From contig NC_068982.1 in NCBI RefSeq assembly GCF_001194135.2, forward strand, positions 71,401,254-71,462,788: 61,535 nucleotides of DNA, written 5' to 3'. Position 1 is the first letter of the stretch; every line of letters starts with the position of its first letter. This DNA is from Octopus bimaculoides. Taxonomy: Eukaryota. Below are positions 23,194 to 36,000 of the stretch, piece after piece. The notes beneath the pieces are model-generated. The model searched no databases. It was given only the letters and a program-made list of their open reading frames with translations, and was not told where the DNA came from. The position numbers and the translations under genes were made by a program.

Positions 23194-23998
23194 AAGTTCG
23201 TTTTCTATGTTTTTGTTTTTGTGTTCTCGTTTCTCATTTTGTCTACGTTTTTTCTTGATGCCCTGTACCCATATATGTATGTATATATACATATATATGT
23301 AGGTATGTACATATATGTATGTATATATGCATATATTTATATATTATTTATATTATCATATGATCGAACGCCACGCATCCTTTTCCAAGTAAGTTTTATC
23401 TTAATAATTACGATGCGCACTCTTATTCTATCTCTTTCCTTTCTATCTACCTTCCTCTCTTGTTTTTCTTCCTTTCTGTTTTTCTCTCCCACCATTTTCC
23501 TATTCTTCTCCTCTCCCCTTCACCATTCTCTCTCTCTCTCACACTCTTCCTCCTTGACTCTCTCGTTGCTCACACGTGACCAACGGCCATCCATTTTTCT
23601 TTCTTCCACCTCCTTCCTAAAGACAAGACGTGCTTTTATCTGTCTCTTCTCAAAGCTCGTTTTTCAGCGTCCACCACTTCACATCGTCTTGGCTTAACAG
23701 CCCTCACCGTTTGTTTTTACTGTTTTGTTCTCACTGTCTTGTTTTTGTTACCACTTTCACCCACCGTAAAACATTCCAGATTTTATTTAATTTGCTTTGC
23801 AGGAAGGACTGTTTCAACAAAGTCATGTATTGTCCTTTCCTTCGAAACGCAGAGTAGATAAAACAGGGGACAATTGATGAAGGGAATGTTCTTCATGTTG
23901 CATGTCTCGTTTCTCTGTTTGTTTTTTTCGCTGTTCGAAAAAAAGTTCGTTTTCTATGTTTTTGTTTTTTATGTTCTCCTTTCTCATTTTGTCTACGT
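23194..23998 (+). mobile_element. Dispersed repeat with duplicated terminus (pLTR-like; Penelope affinity inferred)
   Basis: AAGTTCGTTT(T)CTATGTTTTTG...TTTTGTCTACGTT occurs at 23196-23250 and 23943-23998. 23560-23930 is homologous to 28960-29450 on the minus strand. Confidence 0.5.
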
Positions 23999-24282
23999 TA
24001 TATACATAGATATATATGTACATATATACATTAAATAATTGATAGGGAAGACAGTGTACTGTAAGCTTTATTTAGCACGACGATTGTTTCGGCTTACATC
24101 TGCACTGTTCCTTTGTTGGTAAGGAACAATATAATGAAATCGAGTGCACCTCACAGTGCCGAAGAATTCTCATCAACCTCATCATGACATTACAGTGTTA
24201 TATCAATATTATGTACATTTCGCTACCATGTGTCACAGGATGTATGTATGTGTATGTGTATAAATGTATGTATGTATGTATC

Positions 24283-24339
<57 letters not shown>

Positions 24340-24750
24340 CACACACACACACACACANNNNNNNNNNNNNNNNNNNNNNNNNNNNNNNNNNNNNNNNNNN
24401 NNNNNNNNNNNNNNNNNNNNNNNNNNNNNNNNNNNNNNNNNNNNNNNNNNNNNNNNNNNNNNNNNNNNNNNNNNNNNNNNNNNNNNNNNNNNNNNNNNNN
24501 NNNNNNNNNNNNNNNNNNNNNNNNNNNNNNNNNNNNNNNNNNNNNNNNNNNNNNNNNNNNNNNNNNNNNNNNNNNNNNNNNNNNNNNNNNNNNNNNNNNN
24601 NNNNNNNNNNNNNNNNNNNNNNNNNNNNNNNNNNNNNNNNNNNNNNNNNNNNNNNNNNNNNNNNNNNNNNNNNNNNNNNNNNNNNNNNNNNNNNNNNNNN
24701 NNNNNNNNNNNNNNNNNNNNNNNNNNNNNNNNNNNNNNNNNNNNNNNNNN

Positions 24751-24855
24751 GGTGGTGATGGTGGTGGTGATGGTGGTGGTGATGGTGGTGGTGATGGTGG
24801 TGGTGGTGGTGGTGGTGGTGGTAGTGCTGGTGGTAGTACTGGTGGTAGTGCTGGT
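24751..24855. repeat. (GGT)n / GGTGAT microsatellite after a gap
   Basis: Direct observation. Confidence 0.95.
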
Positions 24856-25174
24856 AGATCCCATCGTTCGACGATGAGGATTCAGTTGTTCAATCAAGTG
24901 AACGAGCTGTTCCTAAATTAACGTGAAATGTAGTTGAGTATATTGCAGACTCGTTTGCTCTTAATTCAATAAAAAAAAGAAATGTGTACAAAAAGGCTAT
25001 GACAGTTGGCGACTGTGCAGTTTCTGTCTTCCCAATATCACTTACAATATGTAGGAGGTTGACCTGAAACTATGGAAAAAGACCTACGGCACACAATGAG
25101 ATCAAAATCAGGCCCGAGCGATTGTGAAACAAGCTTCTTAACCTTTTCACAATACTGTGCTTACACGCCATCTA

Positions 25175-25214
<40 letters not shown>

Positions 25215-25489
25215 CACACAAAAGGTGCAGTGGATTAATATGAAGATTACCAGAGAAGGTAGTGTTCATATGTCGAAGATGTACAGGATCCTTAAAAACT
25301 ATACAGACTCGGGAAATTGATTTTTAAATGCCCTGGTGGCTCATTAGAGGTAGTAGATAATTTCAGCTGCCTGGGACACTAAATCAGTCGTGAGTGTGGA
25401 TGCACGGAGATTATAATAGCAAGAATAAGAATGGGATGGAGGGAGGGAATTCGGGGAGCTGTTACTTCTGTTGGCTACGAAAGATTTCT

Positions 25490-25840
25490 CTCTCCGAGTG
25501 AAATTGTATGATGCATATATACGGGCAACAATTCTACATGGTAGTGAGACGTGGCCCCTGAATGCAGAGGACATGCAAATATTAGAAAGAAATGATGCTA
25601 GAATGCTCCGCAGGATGTGCAATGTAAGTGTACATGTTCGACAGAGCTAGTGCTTTAAGAGCAGGGGCGTACTGAGTGTATTAAGGGCCCTCGTGCATAA
25701 CTCCTTAACGGTCCTCTTTGAATGTGTGTTGTAGTAGAGTTAACATGAGTGCGGGCGCCTCATAGCTTCGGGCCCTCGGCTCAGTCCACCCTTGTTTGAG
25801 AGAGATGTTAGGCGCAAGAGAAGACTGCACTGGTTTGGTC
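25490..25840 (+). mobile_element. RTE-clade LINE C-terminal fragment
   Basis: LRVKLYDAYIRATILHGSETWPLNAEDMQILERNDARMLRRMCNVSV ... RRLHWFG. Confidence 0.85.
25662..25794. mobile_element. hAT-type MITE inserted in the RTE fragment
   Basis: Imperfect TIRs CAGGGGCGTACTGAG and CTCAGTCCACCCTTG. 8-bp TSD TTTAAGAG 25654-25661 / TTTGAGAG 25795-25802. Confidence 0.75.
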
Positions 25841-26660
25841 NNNNNNNNNNNNNNNNNNNNNNNNNNNNNNNNNNNNNNNNNNNNNNNNNNNNNNNNNNNN
25901 NNNNNNNNNNNNNNNNNNNNNNNNNNNNNNNNNNNNNNNNNNNNNNNNNNNNNNNNNNNNNNNNNNNNNNNNNNNNNNNNNNNNNNNNNNNNNNNNNNNN
26001 NNNNNNNNNNNNNNNNNNNNNNNNNNNNNNNNNNNNNNNNNNNNNNNNNNNNNNNNNNNNNNNNNNNNNNNNNNNNNNNNNNNNNNNNNNNNNNNNNNNN
26101 NNNNNNNNNNNNNNNNNNNNNNNNNNNNNNNNNNNNNNNNNNNNNNNNNNNNNNNNNNNNNNNNNNNNNNNNNNNNNNNNNNNNNNNNNNNNNNNNNNNN
26201 NNNNNNNNNNNNNNNNNNNNNNNNNNNNNNNNNNNNNNNNNNNNNNNNNNNNNNNNNNNNNNNNNNNNNNNNNNNNNNNNNNNNNNNNNNNNNNNNNNNN
26301 NNNNNNNNNNNNNNNNNNNNNNNNNNNNNNNNNNNNNNNNNNNNNNNNNNNNNNNNNNNNNNNNNNNNNNNNNNNNNNNNNNNNNNNNNNNNNNNNNNNN
26401 NNNNNNNNNNNNNNNNNNNNNNNNNNNNNNNNNNNNNNNNNNNNNNNNNNNNNNNNNNNNNNNNNNNNNNNNNNNNNNNNNNNNNNNNNNNNNNNNNNNN
26501 NNNNNNNNNNNNNNNNNNNNNNNNNNNNNNNNNNNNNNNNNNNNNNNNNNNNNNNNNNNNNNNNNNNNNNNNNNNNNNNNNNNNNNNNNNNNNNNNNNNN
26601 NNNNNNNNNNNNNNNNNNNNNTTGTTGTTCGGGTCACTACTTGGAATCGAACTCGGAATC

Positions 26661-27723
26661 TTCTTCATAACTGGAGTGGATAGTATACTTTTGGGGTAGT
26701 TGTTCCTTAACAGATCGTTATTGAGCTTGATCATTTCTTTGTGGTGTGTGTCACGATCGCTACTTATATTCTTTGCACGATGTTTTAGGCACTGAGCAAT
26801 CCCTTTCTTTACACTCTATGGATGGTGGGAATTGAAGTTGAGGTATCGTCCAGTAAAGGTCGGCTTGCGGTATACGGATGTCCTGAATTAGTGCGTGTTA
26901 TTAATACGTCCAGGAATGCCAGCTGATTGACTTTTTCCTTTTCCATAGTGAACTGTGTGGATGGCTTTATTGAGTTCACATGATCTAATAGCACTTGGAC
27001 ATCTTCCTGGTGGGGGAAGAGTATAAAGGTGTCATCAACATATCGTAGCCATAGTGTTGGTTTTAGTGGTGTTGATTCTAAAGCCAAATTCTCAAAATAT
27101 TCCATGTATATATTAGCTATTACCGGTGATAATGGCGAACCCATAGCTAAACCCTCCTCCTATAGATATATATCAGTGTCCATACTGAAGTAAGTAGTTT
27201 CTACACAGAAGGTCAACATTTCTTTCAAGTTTCTTATTGGTATACTAGTGCGTTCTTTTAGATGGGTGTCTGTCACTAGTTTTTCTTGTATCTCCGATAG
27301 TACTTCACCAGCTGGGACTTTGGTGAACAGGCTTATCACACCAAGACTCACCATCTGGTTGGGTTCAATGGGAGTATTCTTGATCAATTCTGTGGAATGT
27401 GTGGAATTCTTCACGTACGATGTTGACTTTCCTGCTAATAGACTGATTCTATCCACAAGGAAGCGGTTCAGTGGATGACATGCTGAACCTCTACAGCTCA
27501 CTATAGGTCTCAATGGAATACCATCTTTGTGGATCTTAGGGAGACTGTACATGTGTAGTAGTTTACTGTGGTGTTGAATCAGTTGTCTGTACTTCATTGG
27601 TGTAAAGTGATCCTTGTTCCTGATCAAAATCTGTGACAACTTCCTCTCCGTTTTCAGTGTTGGGTCTTTCTTTTCTTTGCTGTAGCTACCATCACTTGTA
27701 TGACTTGCCAACTTTTCGATCAC
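26661..27723 (-). mobile_element. Penelope-like element, reverse transcriptase region (pseudogenised)
   Basis: MYSLPKIHKDGIPLRPIVS, SLFTKVP, GLAMGSPLSPVIANIYMEYFE, WLRYVDDTF, FLDV. Contains a stop and frameshifts. Confidence 0.95.
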
Positions 27724-27758
27724 TTATAAGCTACCATCACTTATAAGACTTGCCTACT

Positions 27759-28337
27759 AGTAGGGATCGTGATACACACCACGAAGAAACGATCAAGCTC
27801 AATAACGATCTGTCAAGGAACAACTACCCCAGAAGTATACTATCCACTCCAGTTATGAATAAAAGAGAGGATGAGGCCAATAAACTGTCCACAGTCTGTT
27901 TACCCTATGTGAAAGCCTCTCCAAAAAGATACAAAAGATATGCGGCCCATATGACATCAGGACAGTATTCAAGAGTAATACAACACTTCGCAAATATCTC
28001 CTTCGAGTAAAACCACCAAAAGAAGAGAATATAACCAAAGACTGCGTGTACTCCATCTCATACAGCTGTGGTAAGTTATACAAAGGCGAAACATGCCGCC
28101 CCTCTGAAAGTAAAGGTAGACGAACATCGCAAAGCTGTGACACGAGGAGATATTGATACGTCGGGTATAACTGATAATGTATGGAAAAATGGAGACCACC
28201 TCCCCCTGTGGGATGAAGTTAAAATAATAGACAGAGAACACCACTGGAAAATACGAAAACTAAAAGAAGCAGCACATATGCTAGGACACAACAACTTCCT
28301 AAGCAGACCGAGTGCAGATATGAACAGCATATGGTAA
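27759..28337 (+). mobile_element. Penelope-like element, linker and GIY-YIG endonuclease (pseudogenised)
   Basis: VCLPYVK..CVYSISYSCGKLYKGETCRPLKVKVDEH..SGITDNVW..IIDREHHWKIRKLKEA. Confidence 0.92.
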
Positions 28338-28405
28338 CCGGTATTCAGGAAGGATAGAAAAATATTAGATTTATAAGCCCTAAAATTCACTCCATAATTG
28401 CCCAC

Positions 28406-28483
28406 GGGTATATGACATAGTGGTTAACAGCGCGGGCTACTAACCCCAAGATTCCAAGTTCGATTCCAAACAGTGACCTGAAC

Positions 28484-28538
<55 letters not shown>
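28406..28538 (+). mobile_element. Short tRNA-derived SINE family D with (AAT)n tail
   Basis: GGGTATATGACATAGTGGTTAA (A box), GTTCGATTCC 28458-28467 (B box), AGTGACCTGAAC then (AAT)n. A partial inverted copy lies at 26622-26660. Confidence 0.75.
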
Positions 28539-28602
28539 TTAAAAAATATAGAACTGAACAATTATTAACTTCTTCTTCTTCTTCTTCTTCCATATATATA
28601 TA

Positions 28603-28810
28603 TGTTTGAGAGAGATGTTAGGCGCAAGAGAAGACTGCACTGGTTTGGTCATGTAATGCGGATGAATGCCGACAGCTCCATAAAGAAGTGTCACGCTCTC
28701 GAAGTAGATTGAACGCGTGGAAGTGGGAGACCCAGGAAGGCATGGGACGAAGTGCTGAAGATCGACCTCAGGACGAGATGACAAAGGACCAAGATGCCCA
28801 GCACTTTGCT
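28603..28810 (+). mobile_element. RTE LINE fragment, continuation
   Basis: RRLHWFGHVMRMNADSSIKKCHALEV..RGSGRPRKAWDEVLKIDL. Confidence 0.85.
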
Positions 28811-28959
28811 GTACTCGCAGCAGAAGAGTTAAGATTGGTCCCCTCGATGGTGAGGATTGACCTGCAAGGGTCTTAAGCCGATGCCACGTAAAAACGTCTC
28901 TGAAGAGTCACGTAAAATCGCCCGTACTCGCAGCAGAAGAGTTAAGATTGGTCCCCTCG

Positions 28960-29450
28960 ATGGGTACAGGACGTCACCAACTGTGTAAACAACATGAAGT
29001 ACGAAAACAAGCGAGTTAAAAACGCAAACAACGAGAGAAAAAAATTGAAAACAGGACAAGTAATACAAAGAACGACCCTTCATCAGTTGTCGGCTGTCTA
29101 TCTACTCTTCATTTCGAGCACTGAACGATAATATGGGTCTTTGAAGACAGTTGCTCCCATAACTTCCAAAATATATTTTGGATTTTATGGAGGGTCAAAG
29201 TTGGGAACAAAAATAGGACAGTTGAGACATACAAGGAAACCGAACGAAAACAAACATGGAGTGTCGTTAGACTAGAACAAGGGGGAAAATACTAAACGCT
29301 GGAAGAAATATTTTCTTTGAAAAGAGAAAAGATAGAAGATAAAGACAGATGTTCAGTCCTTAGAACGTCGTGTAAGGAAAAGAAAGAAGGTCACGTGAGG
29401 AAAAGAAAGATGGACGATGGTCACGTATGAGCAACGAGAGAGAAAGGGAG
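28960..29450 (-). mobile_element. Dispersed repeat of the same family as 23560-23998
   Basis: Reverse complement CGAAATGAAGAGTAGATAGACAGCCGACAACTGATGAAGGG matches 23843-23884. Both end in GACG/GATGCCCTGTACCC-like sequence. Confidence 0.55.
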
Positions 29451-29519
29451 AACACGTATACACGAACATACCCATATACACATACATAGATATGCATGCA
29501 CACACACATTTAGACTCTG

Positions 29520-29592
29520 CTTTCCAACCGCATGGTTCCGAGTTCTGTCCCATGGCGTGGCACTTTGAGCAAGCTTCTTCTAGTTATCTATA

Positions 29593-29628
<36 letters not shown>

Positions 29629-29892
29629 TGTATGTATGTATGTATGTATATATCTGTGTGCGTGCGTGTATATATGTGTCTTTATGTTTGTGTTTGTCAC
29701 CCACCACCGCTTGACAACCCCGGTGTTAGTTTGTTTACGTCTCCGTAACATAGCGGCTCTCCAAGAAGATATCGATAGAATAAGTCCTAAGTTTACGCAA
29801 GAAACTCCTGACGCAGAGTCGTTGTACTAATCCGTCTTCAAGGCGATGCCCCAGCATGGCTGCAGTATAACGACTGAAACAAGTAAAAAAAG
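29520..29892 (+). mobile_element. SINE family C variant with (TATG)n core
   Basis: Tail CAAGGCGATGCCCCAGCATGGCTGCAGT..ACTGAAACAAGTAAAA. Confidence 0.75.
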
Positions 29893-29894
29893 AT

Positions 29895-29968
29895 ATGCAT
29901 GTTTATACGTATGTATATATAATATATGTATGTGCGTGTATATATGTATTTATATGTGTGTATATATT

Positions 29969-30065
<97 letters not shown>

Positions 30066-30398
30066 CCATATATTCATATACATACTTGTATATGCATGTG
30101 TGTAGATATTGTATGTATGTATGTATGTATGTATGTATGTATATATATATATAAAACATACACATATATATAACATGCACATATATATATATAACATACG
30201 CACACACATACTCACACATATAACATACAAACACATAAATAGATAGATAGATAGATAGATATAGATAGATAGATACACATACACTCATAAATTCCAAACA
30301 CAAATATACACACACACACATATATATATATATACACACACACTCATACTTATATGTATTCACACGCGCATACATACATACATACATACATACATACA

Positions 30399-30434
<36 letters not shown>

Positions 30435-30485
30435 CTCCACACATACACATGCACGTGTGTAATGTATATATATATATATATACGT
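29895..30485. repeat. Compound (TA)/(TATG)/(GATA)/(CATA) microsatellite block
   Basis: Direct observation. Confidence 0.95.
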
Positions 30486-30699
30486 GTGTGAGTATTTCGG
30501 CCTAATTCTTTCTCTTTATAGTGGTTTCAAGTTAAAACTTCACATAAATTCTTTTTTCCACTTCCTCCCACCCCATTCCTTCGATTAACCAATATCTTTA
30601 ATCTGCTCCCGCTTAAATTCTTTACCCCATCATCACTTCTCCCTCCCATCCGTCTCTCTCTCTCATTTTCCCTTTCTCTTAAATACCTCCCTGTCCCGG

Positions 30700-30731
<32 letters not shown>

Positions 30732-31685
30732 CATACATCAGTTTCCCTCTCTATCACTATGTTTCTCTCTCTCTGTTTCTTTCTTGACCTCTTTCTATTC
30801 CTCTATCACCCATCCACTCCGACACTATGCCTTTTCCCTCCTCTTCCCGCCCTTTATCACTACTCCATTCATTTATATTTTATTCCTTTTTTCCTCTCAT
30901 TTTTTTTTTGTACTCCTTTGCTGTTATTTCCTTTTTAATTTTACTCTTTCCTCTTCTCCCATCTAAGGGGAATGCCGCTACTCTGTAATGAAATATGCTC
31001 GGTTTGAGCGATCCCCTTCCCCAAACCACAATTTTCTTTGTGCGGTTCTCCTCTCCTCGTGTCCGCTCTCTTTTATTTCACTTCTGTTGAGGATTTACCT
31101 AGTTCCAGTCGATATTAGCAGCAGTCCAGCCAGCGACCACCATAGGCTTAGCAACAAATAAAATACCAAACCGCTGCATGCTAAACCGTGTCTAAAATTC
31201 TCTGTTAGTAACAGCGTGCAGTTCAAAGCCGATCACTCCATACATATTTGTATAACAAACATGTGCACACACATTTGAATGCTATCTTTATCTCCGGACC
31301 GTATCGCTTTTCCACAATACTCTTTGTTGATTGTTTACTAGCTTGCTATTTCGATTCATCATCTTTTTTCTTCTTTCGTTTTTCGTTCTATCTGTCTCTC
31401 AAGAGTTTTCGGAAAACAAATGCCGCAAGTCAAAAATATGCATTAAATTGTTAATAAAGGATAAATTTAATAAAAATAATAAGCAGATTTCGTTAAGAGT
31501 ACGGACGGTCGGTACTTCACCATTCAATACGTGTGCATCTAATTGTGGTTATAATATCTAGGTGTATCTATATATAAATATACATACACAACTAGAGTAC
31601 ATGTGATATACAGGTAAAAAATAAAACGTACACGAATATTATCTTCAACATGCGCATACTGATTAAATAGATAATTTAATAAGCC

Positions 31686-31731
<46 letters not shown>

Positions 31732-31995
31732 TGTACTTATATATGTGTTGGTATGTGTGCATGTGTAGTCGACTGAGAATTGCTGTCATCGTTCAACCGT
31801 TGGTGGGGTCTCTCCGGAAATAAGTTGAAAGGCTGGAAGCATCTAGCTAAGCTTTCTCAACATCACAGAGGACCGACCACCGACAAAGACCAACCGTCTC
31901 CTCCACTTGGTTTTGCTCAGAATGGATTCTATAGTCGTTCCTTAATTAAACAAAACACCTCTTTTACCTTTCTTTATCGCACTGGACCTGTTACT

Positions 31996-32031
31996 ATGGA
32001 CAAACAGTTTATCTCCAAGAGATCACCTTCG
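31996..32031 (+). other. Candidate short first coding exon (MDKQFISKRSPS) with GTAAGT donor
   Basis: ACTATGG start context and TCG|GTAAGT at 32031/32032 in a TE-poor island. No homology recognised. Confidence 0.3.
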
Positions 32032-32184
32032 GTAAGTAGTGGTTTTATTTATTGTTATTTTTTTTTTTCCGTCCCGTGATCGACTGCAAGTCGCTGTTAT
32101 ATATTTTTTTAATTGGAACTTGTGGGATATTTTTTTTCTGTTATTCCTGGATTACCATCAAGTTTTAGTTTCGTTGATGTTTAT

Positions 32185-32420
32185 CACCAGTGCCAGCACG
32201 ATCACAATAACTAACACTCTACCGAGACCATCGTAACCACCACTACCACTATCATCACAACCAACATCTTATCTCACAGCTTCCACCGCGAACACCATCA
32301 TCACAACCGTCAACATCACCCCAACCACTTCATTCACAACCACCACTATCACCGGTCATCATCACCGCCACCGGTACCATCATTCTTACCGACATCACCA
32401 TCACTATCATCATCGACATC
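32185..32420. repeat. Cryptic degenerate (CAC/CAT)n trinucleotide region
   Basis: Recurrent CACCAC/CATCAC triplet periodicity. Confidence 0.8.
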
Positions 32421-33045
32421 AGTGTCCTTTGCATGATGATGTCACACAATGAACTTGAAAATGAAGTAAAAACAACTTGTGGACTCTGATAAAAGTACGT
32501 GGATTTTTGAGTTTTTCTGTTGTCTGTAGAAATGTGTTTGTTACCTTCAAAACACATCATCTGTTTACCTTTTCGTCTTGCTTGTACTTTTGCATCGTCT
32601 ACGATTCATTATCAGCCCGGTCCGTATAACGTAAAACACCGGTAAAATAATACAAACCCATTGAAAATACAAGAGTAAACAATTTACAATGATGACGAGT
32701 CAAAGAAGCGAGCCCTTACACAGTTAATCGACCTGCTAGAAATAACGCCCAAATCTCCATTAAACCACACCCTACTTACTGTCTTGTAAAAAGAAAGAGG
32801 ACAATGCCTTTGATCATGAGATCCGATCTATTAGGGCTGACCTGGGGGTTAATCAAGGTATAAATGGTGATGAAATCGCTGTTTTATGAATGCATTTGTG
32901 TATTTTTAAAACAAGGTTTAGTCACAGAAGCGAAGCGATTACAGAAATATAGTCCACATTACGTATATATTAATACATGTATTGTTTGTAATTTATTCGA
33001 GACCTTCCTTTGGGATGTTATGTATGTATGATAGGTTCTTAAAAT

Positions 33046-33082
<37 letters not shown>

Positions 33083-36000
33083 ATATGTATGTATTTATAT
33101 ATATACGTATGTGTTTGTGCGTGTGTATAAATAAATAAATGAGAATATTTATATATGTGTGTATATATATGTATGCATGCGTGCATGTATATATATATAT
33201 ATATATATATGTCGATGCATTATATGCATATGTGTGTGCATATGCATATATATATGACACGCTATTTACCATGTGTATGAATGTGAACTTTCGTTTGACC
33301 TCTGCTTTTGTCATTACATCATTACACTTTATGTATACACACACATGCACATATGTGTATATGTAAATATAGCAAACACACGCACGCGCATACATACATA
33401 CGTGTTTAACCATATTGTAATGTTCACTCACAAATGTTATTACCTCTCTAATGAATTTAATTACTTAAATAACAAATCTATTTACACTTGTAAAATCTTT
33501 GAGCGTGTTAAGGTTGAATTACAAAGTGATATGTTTCTGTAGTTTGTGTAATAATAGAGCAACGGACACCTGTAGCAGGTGAGAAAAAAAAGAGAGAGAG
33601 ATAAACTAGGCAAGTCTGTATTGGAATAAACTTTTGGGGGTGTTTCCGTTGTTAAACAGACACCGAGAAAACTAGTCTCCGAATAATTAAAAAATATAAA
33701 CTAACTTCTGTTTATTTATTATCGTTTAGTCAGTTATCTACAGTTACGTTTTCTTAAATACTATCTATTACATTAAATATCAATTAATTTCATTAATAAA
33801 TATATTCAGGTAGACGTTAATACACACCCACTCATACGTATGTTTGTGTTATTATGAGTGTATGATTTTTGCGGATCATACGCAACCTTTGTTTCTGGAA
33901 GCACATGTAAATATATAGATTAAATCTTATTCTGAGTGTGAGTGATACACATTATTAATTTCAATTTATATTTTAGTGAATTTATAAATAAACTTACAAA
34001 CACAACTGGCCTAAATTTGGTGCAAACTCGAGCATAGAAAATTAGGTTGTTTATAAATTATATGATGATTATTATAATGGTGGCTTCTTACGTTGGCACA
34101 AGACTACAGATTTATAGGGGAGGTATTATTATTTTGAATAATCTCTTGAGATTTAAAAGGGTTTTTTTAATGTTATTTCTCGTTGGGATGAAAGGCAACA
34201 ATTAACTAGAATGGGATTTGAACTTAGTATTTGAAAATAAAGGGACATAACTAGATGGCCCCAAGGTATTTGTCTGACCCTCCAACTTGTTCTGATCCCG
34301 ATATGGAAGGACAATTTTAAAGGGGATGAAATACAGACAATTTAATCAACACCAGTACTTGACCAGTACAAATCCCAAAACGGTAATGACTATCTTCGTA
34401 GGATTTGAACCCAAACCGTAAAGGGACGTAACTAAAACACAGCAAATAAAGCATTCTGTTTGGCGCTCTACCGGTTCTGACATCCAAGGTTCTAATCGCA
34501 TCAATGATTCTCATATAATCACACTTTGTAGAGAGGAATGTAACCGATTAAATTGACTCCAATGTTTAACAGAAACTCTATTTTATCGATCACCGGAAAG
34601 ATGAAAGCAATAGGGGAAAAAGCGTAAAACTGCAGTCAGTTTTTAAATATTGATACTTAAAGTGCTGTCTGGTCATCATCAATCAGAAATTATCGAGTCA
34701 TGTTTTAGTTTATTTTAGCCGTCAGCGTTGTGGCTTTGTTGGAGCAACAGATAAACTTTTTAGCTGGTTAGCTAACTGCATAGTTTTGAACACTGGAGTT
34801 GCTGTAATCGACTAGCCCCTCCCCGGAAATTGCTGGCNNNNNNNNNNTATATATAATAAAATCTCGTTTAGCATCAGCACTTAGCATCTTGGGTGACATA
34901 ATTGAAGTCCATTCTGTTGCAAAGCAATCGGGCCAGGTCTTTGGGTTTGAGGACACCTTCCGCTCTCTCCCTTGCATCAGTCTCAGAGGCTTTATAAAGT
35001 ATCACCAAATTGCCCTTTCCTCTGATCTTCGTACACACAAACATACACATACATACATAGATATATACACGTACACGCTAATATACATATCCTCTAGTGC
35101 GCATGTGTGGCTATGGGTTTGTACATGATATATGTGTCCCCCCATTATTGTGATATTATGTCTATTTAGAACAGGCTGCAGCTGAAAGTGCCTCAGTTGG
35201 TAGGGAATCAGTTGTCCTTTATTAAACATTCAATCCTTATGGCTCAGAGCTCCCATAGACCTTTCACGTGAACTTACACATGTTCATAGCAAGTGAAATT
35301 AAATCTTAAAGTAGAAGGTTATTTGAAATTAAAAACGAAATAAGATCCACAAGTTAGCTTATAAGGCCAGTCAACTGGATTTTCAAGGTTTTTTTTTTGT
35401 TTTAGTATTTAATGATATTTTAACCGTTGAAAAACGCAAAGCATTTTGGGTGATTCGAAAACACCGGAAGTGAACAATTTTCGGTCCCTAATGAATGAGA
35501 AGTGATATATTTTCCTGTGGCTGCTGACCTTTTTTTGATCCAGTTGTTATGTTATTCATTGACTGAGCAGTCTCCTGGGAGAAGATGGTAACAGTAATGA
35601 TAACAATAATCAGGTATACTGTATTTGATGGAAAGGAACATGGGTTCGATTCGCGACCATGGAATTAAAAACATGGACGAACCCAAGGTGTGTGTAAATT
35701 TTGTAAGCTGAAGGAAGACTTCCCAACTCGGTTTAATATTTCTTCACTGAAGCTTATACTTTACCAAAGCACACAAATTATGTGTCATATATAGATGTGT
35801 GGGTGTGTAAAATATTTTACGTTTCTGTGTGTGTATGGTATGTATATTACGTGTGTTTATTGAACGTTACTTTGGCGTATGTGTATGTATGCATGTGTGT
35901 GCAAGTAAAAGTGCATTTAACAATTCATTAAAATACTTACGAAGCCTTCCATATTTGTTTATTCGCAACTCCGTAAAAAACCCCAAAAAAACATCAATTT

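Noticed and set aside
31145-31156. RFX X-box (CTTAGCAAC)
   Set aside because: Only a half-site, which is expected by chance in 61 kb.
34850-35030. Open frame ASALSILGDIIEVHSVAKQ...
   Set aside because: No homology recognised, it lies next to a gap and repeat fragments, and it has no donor site.
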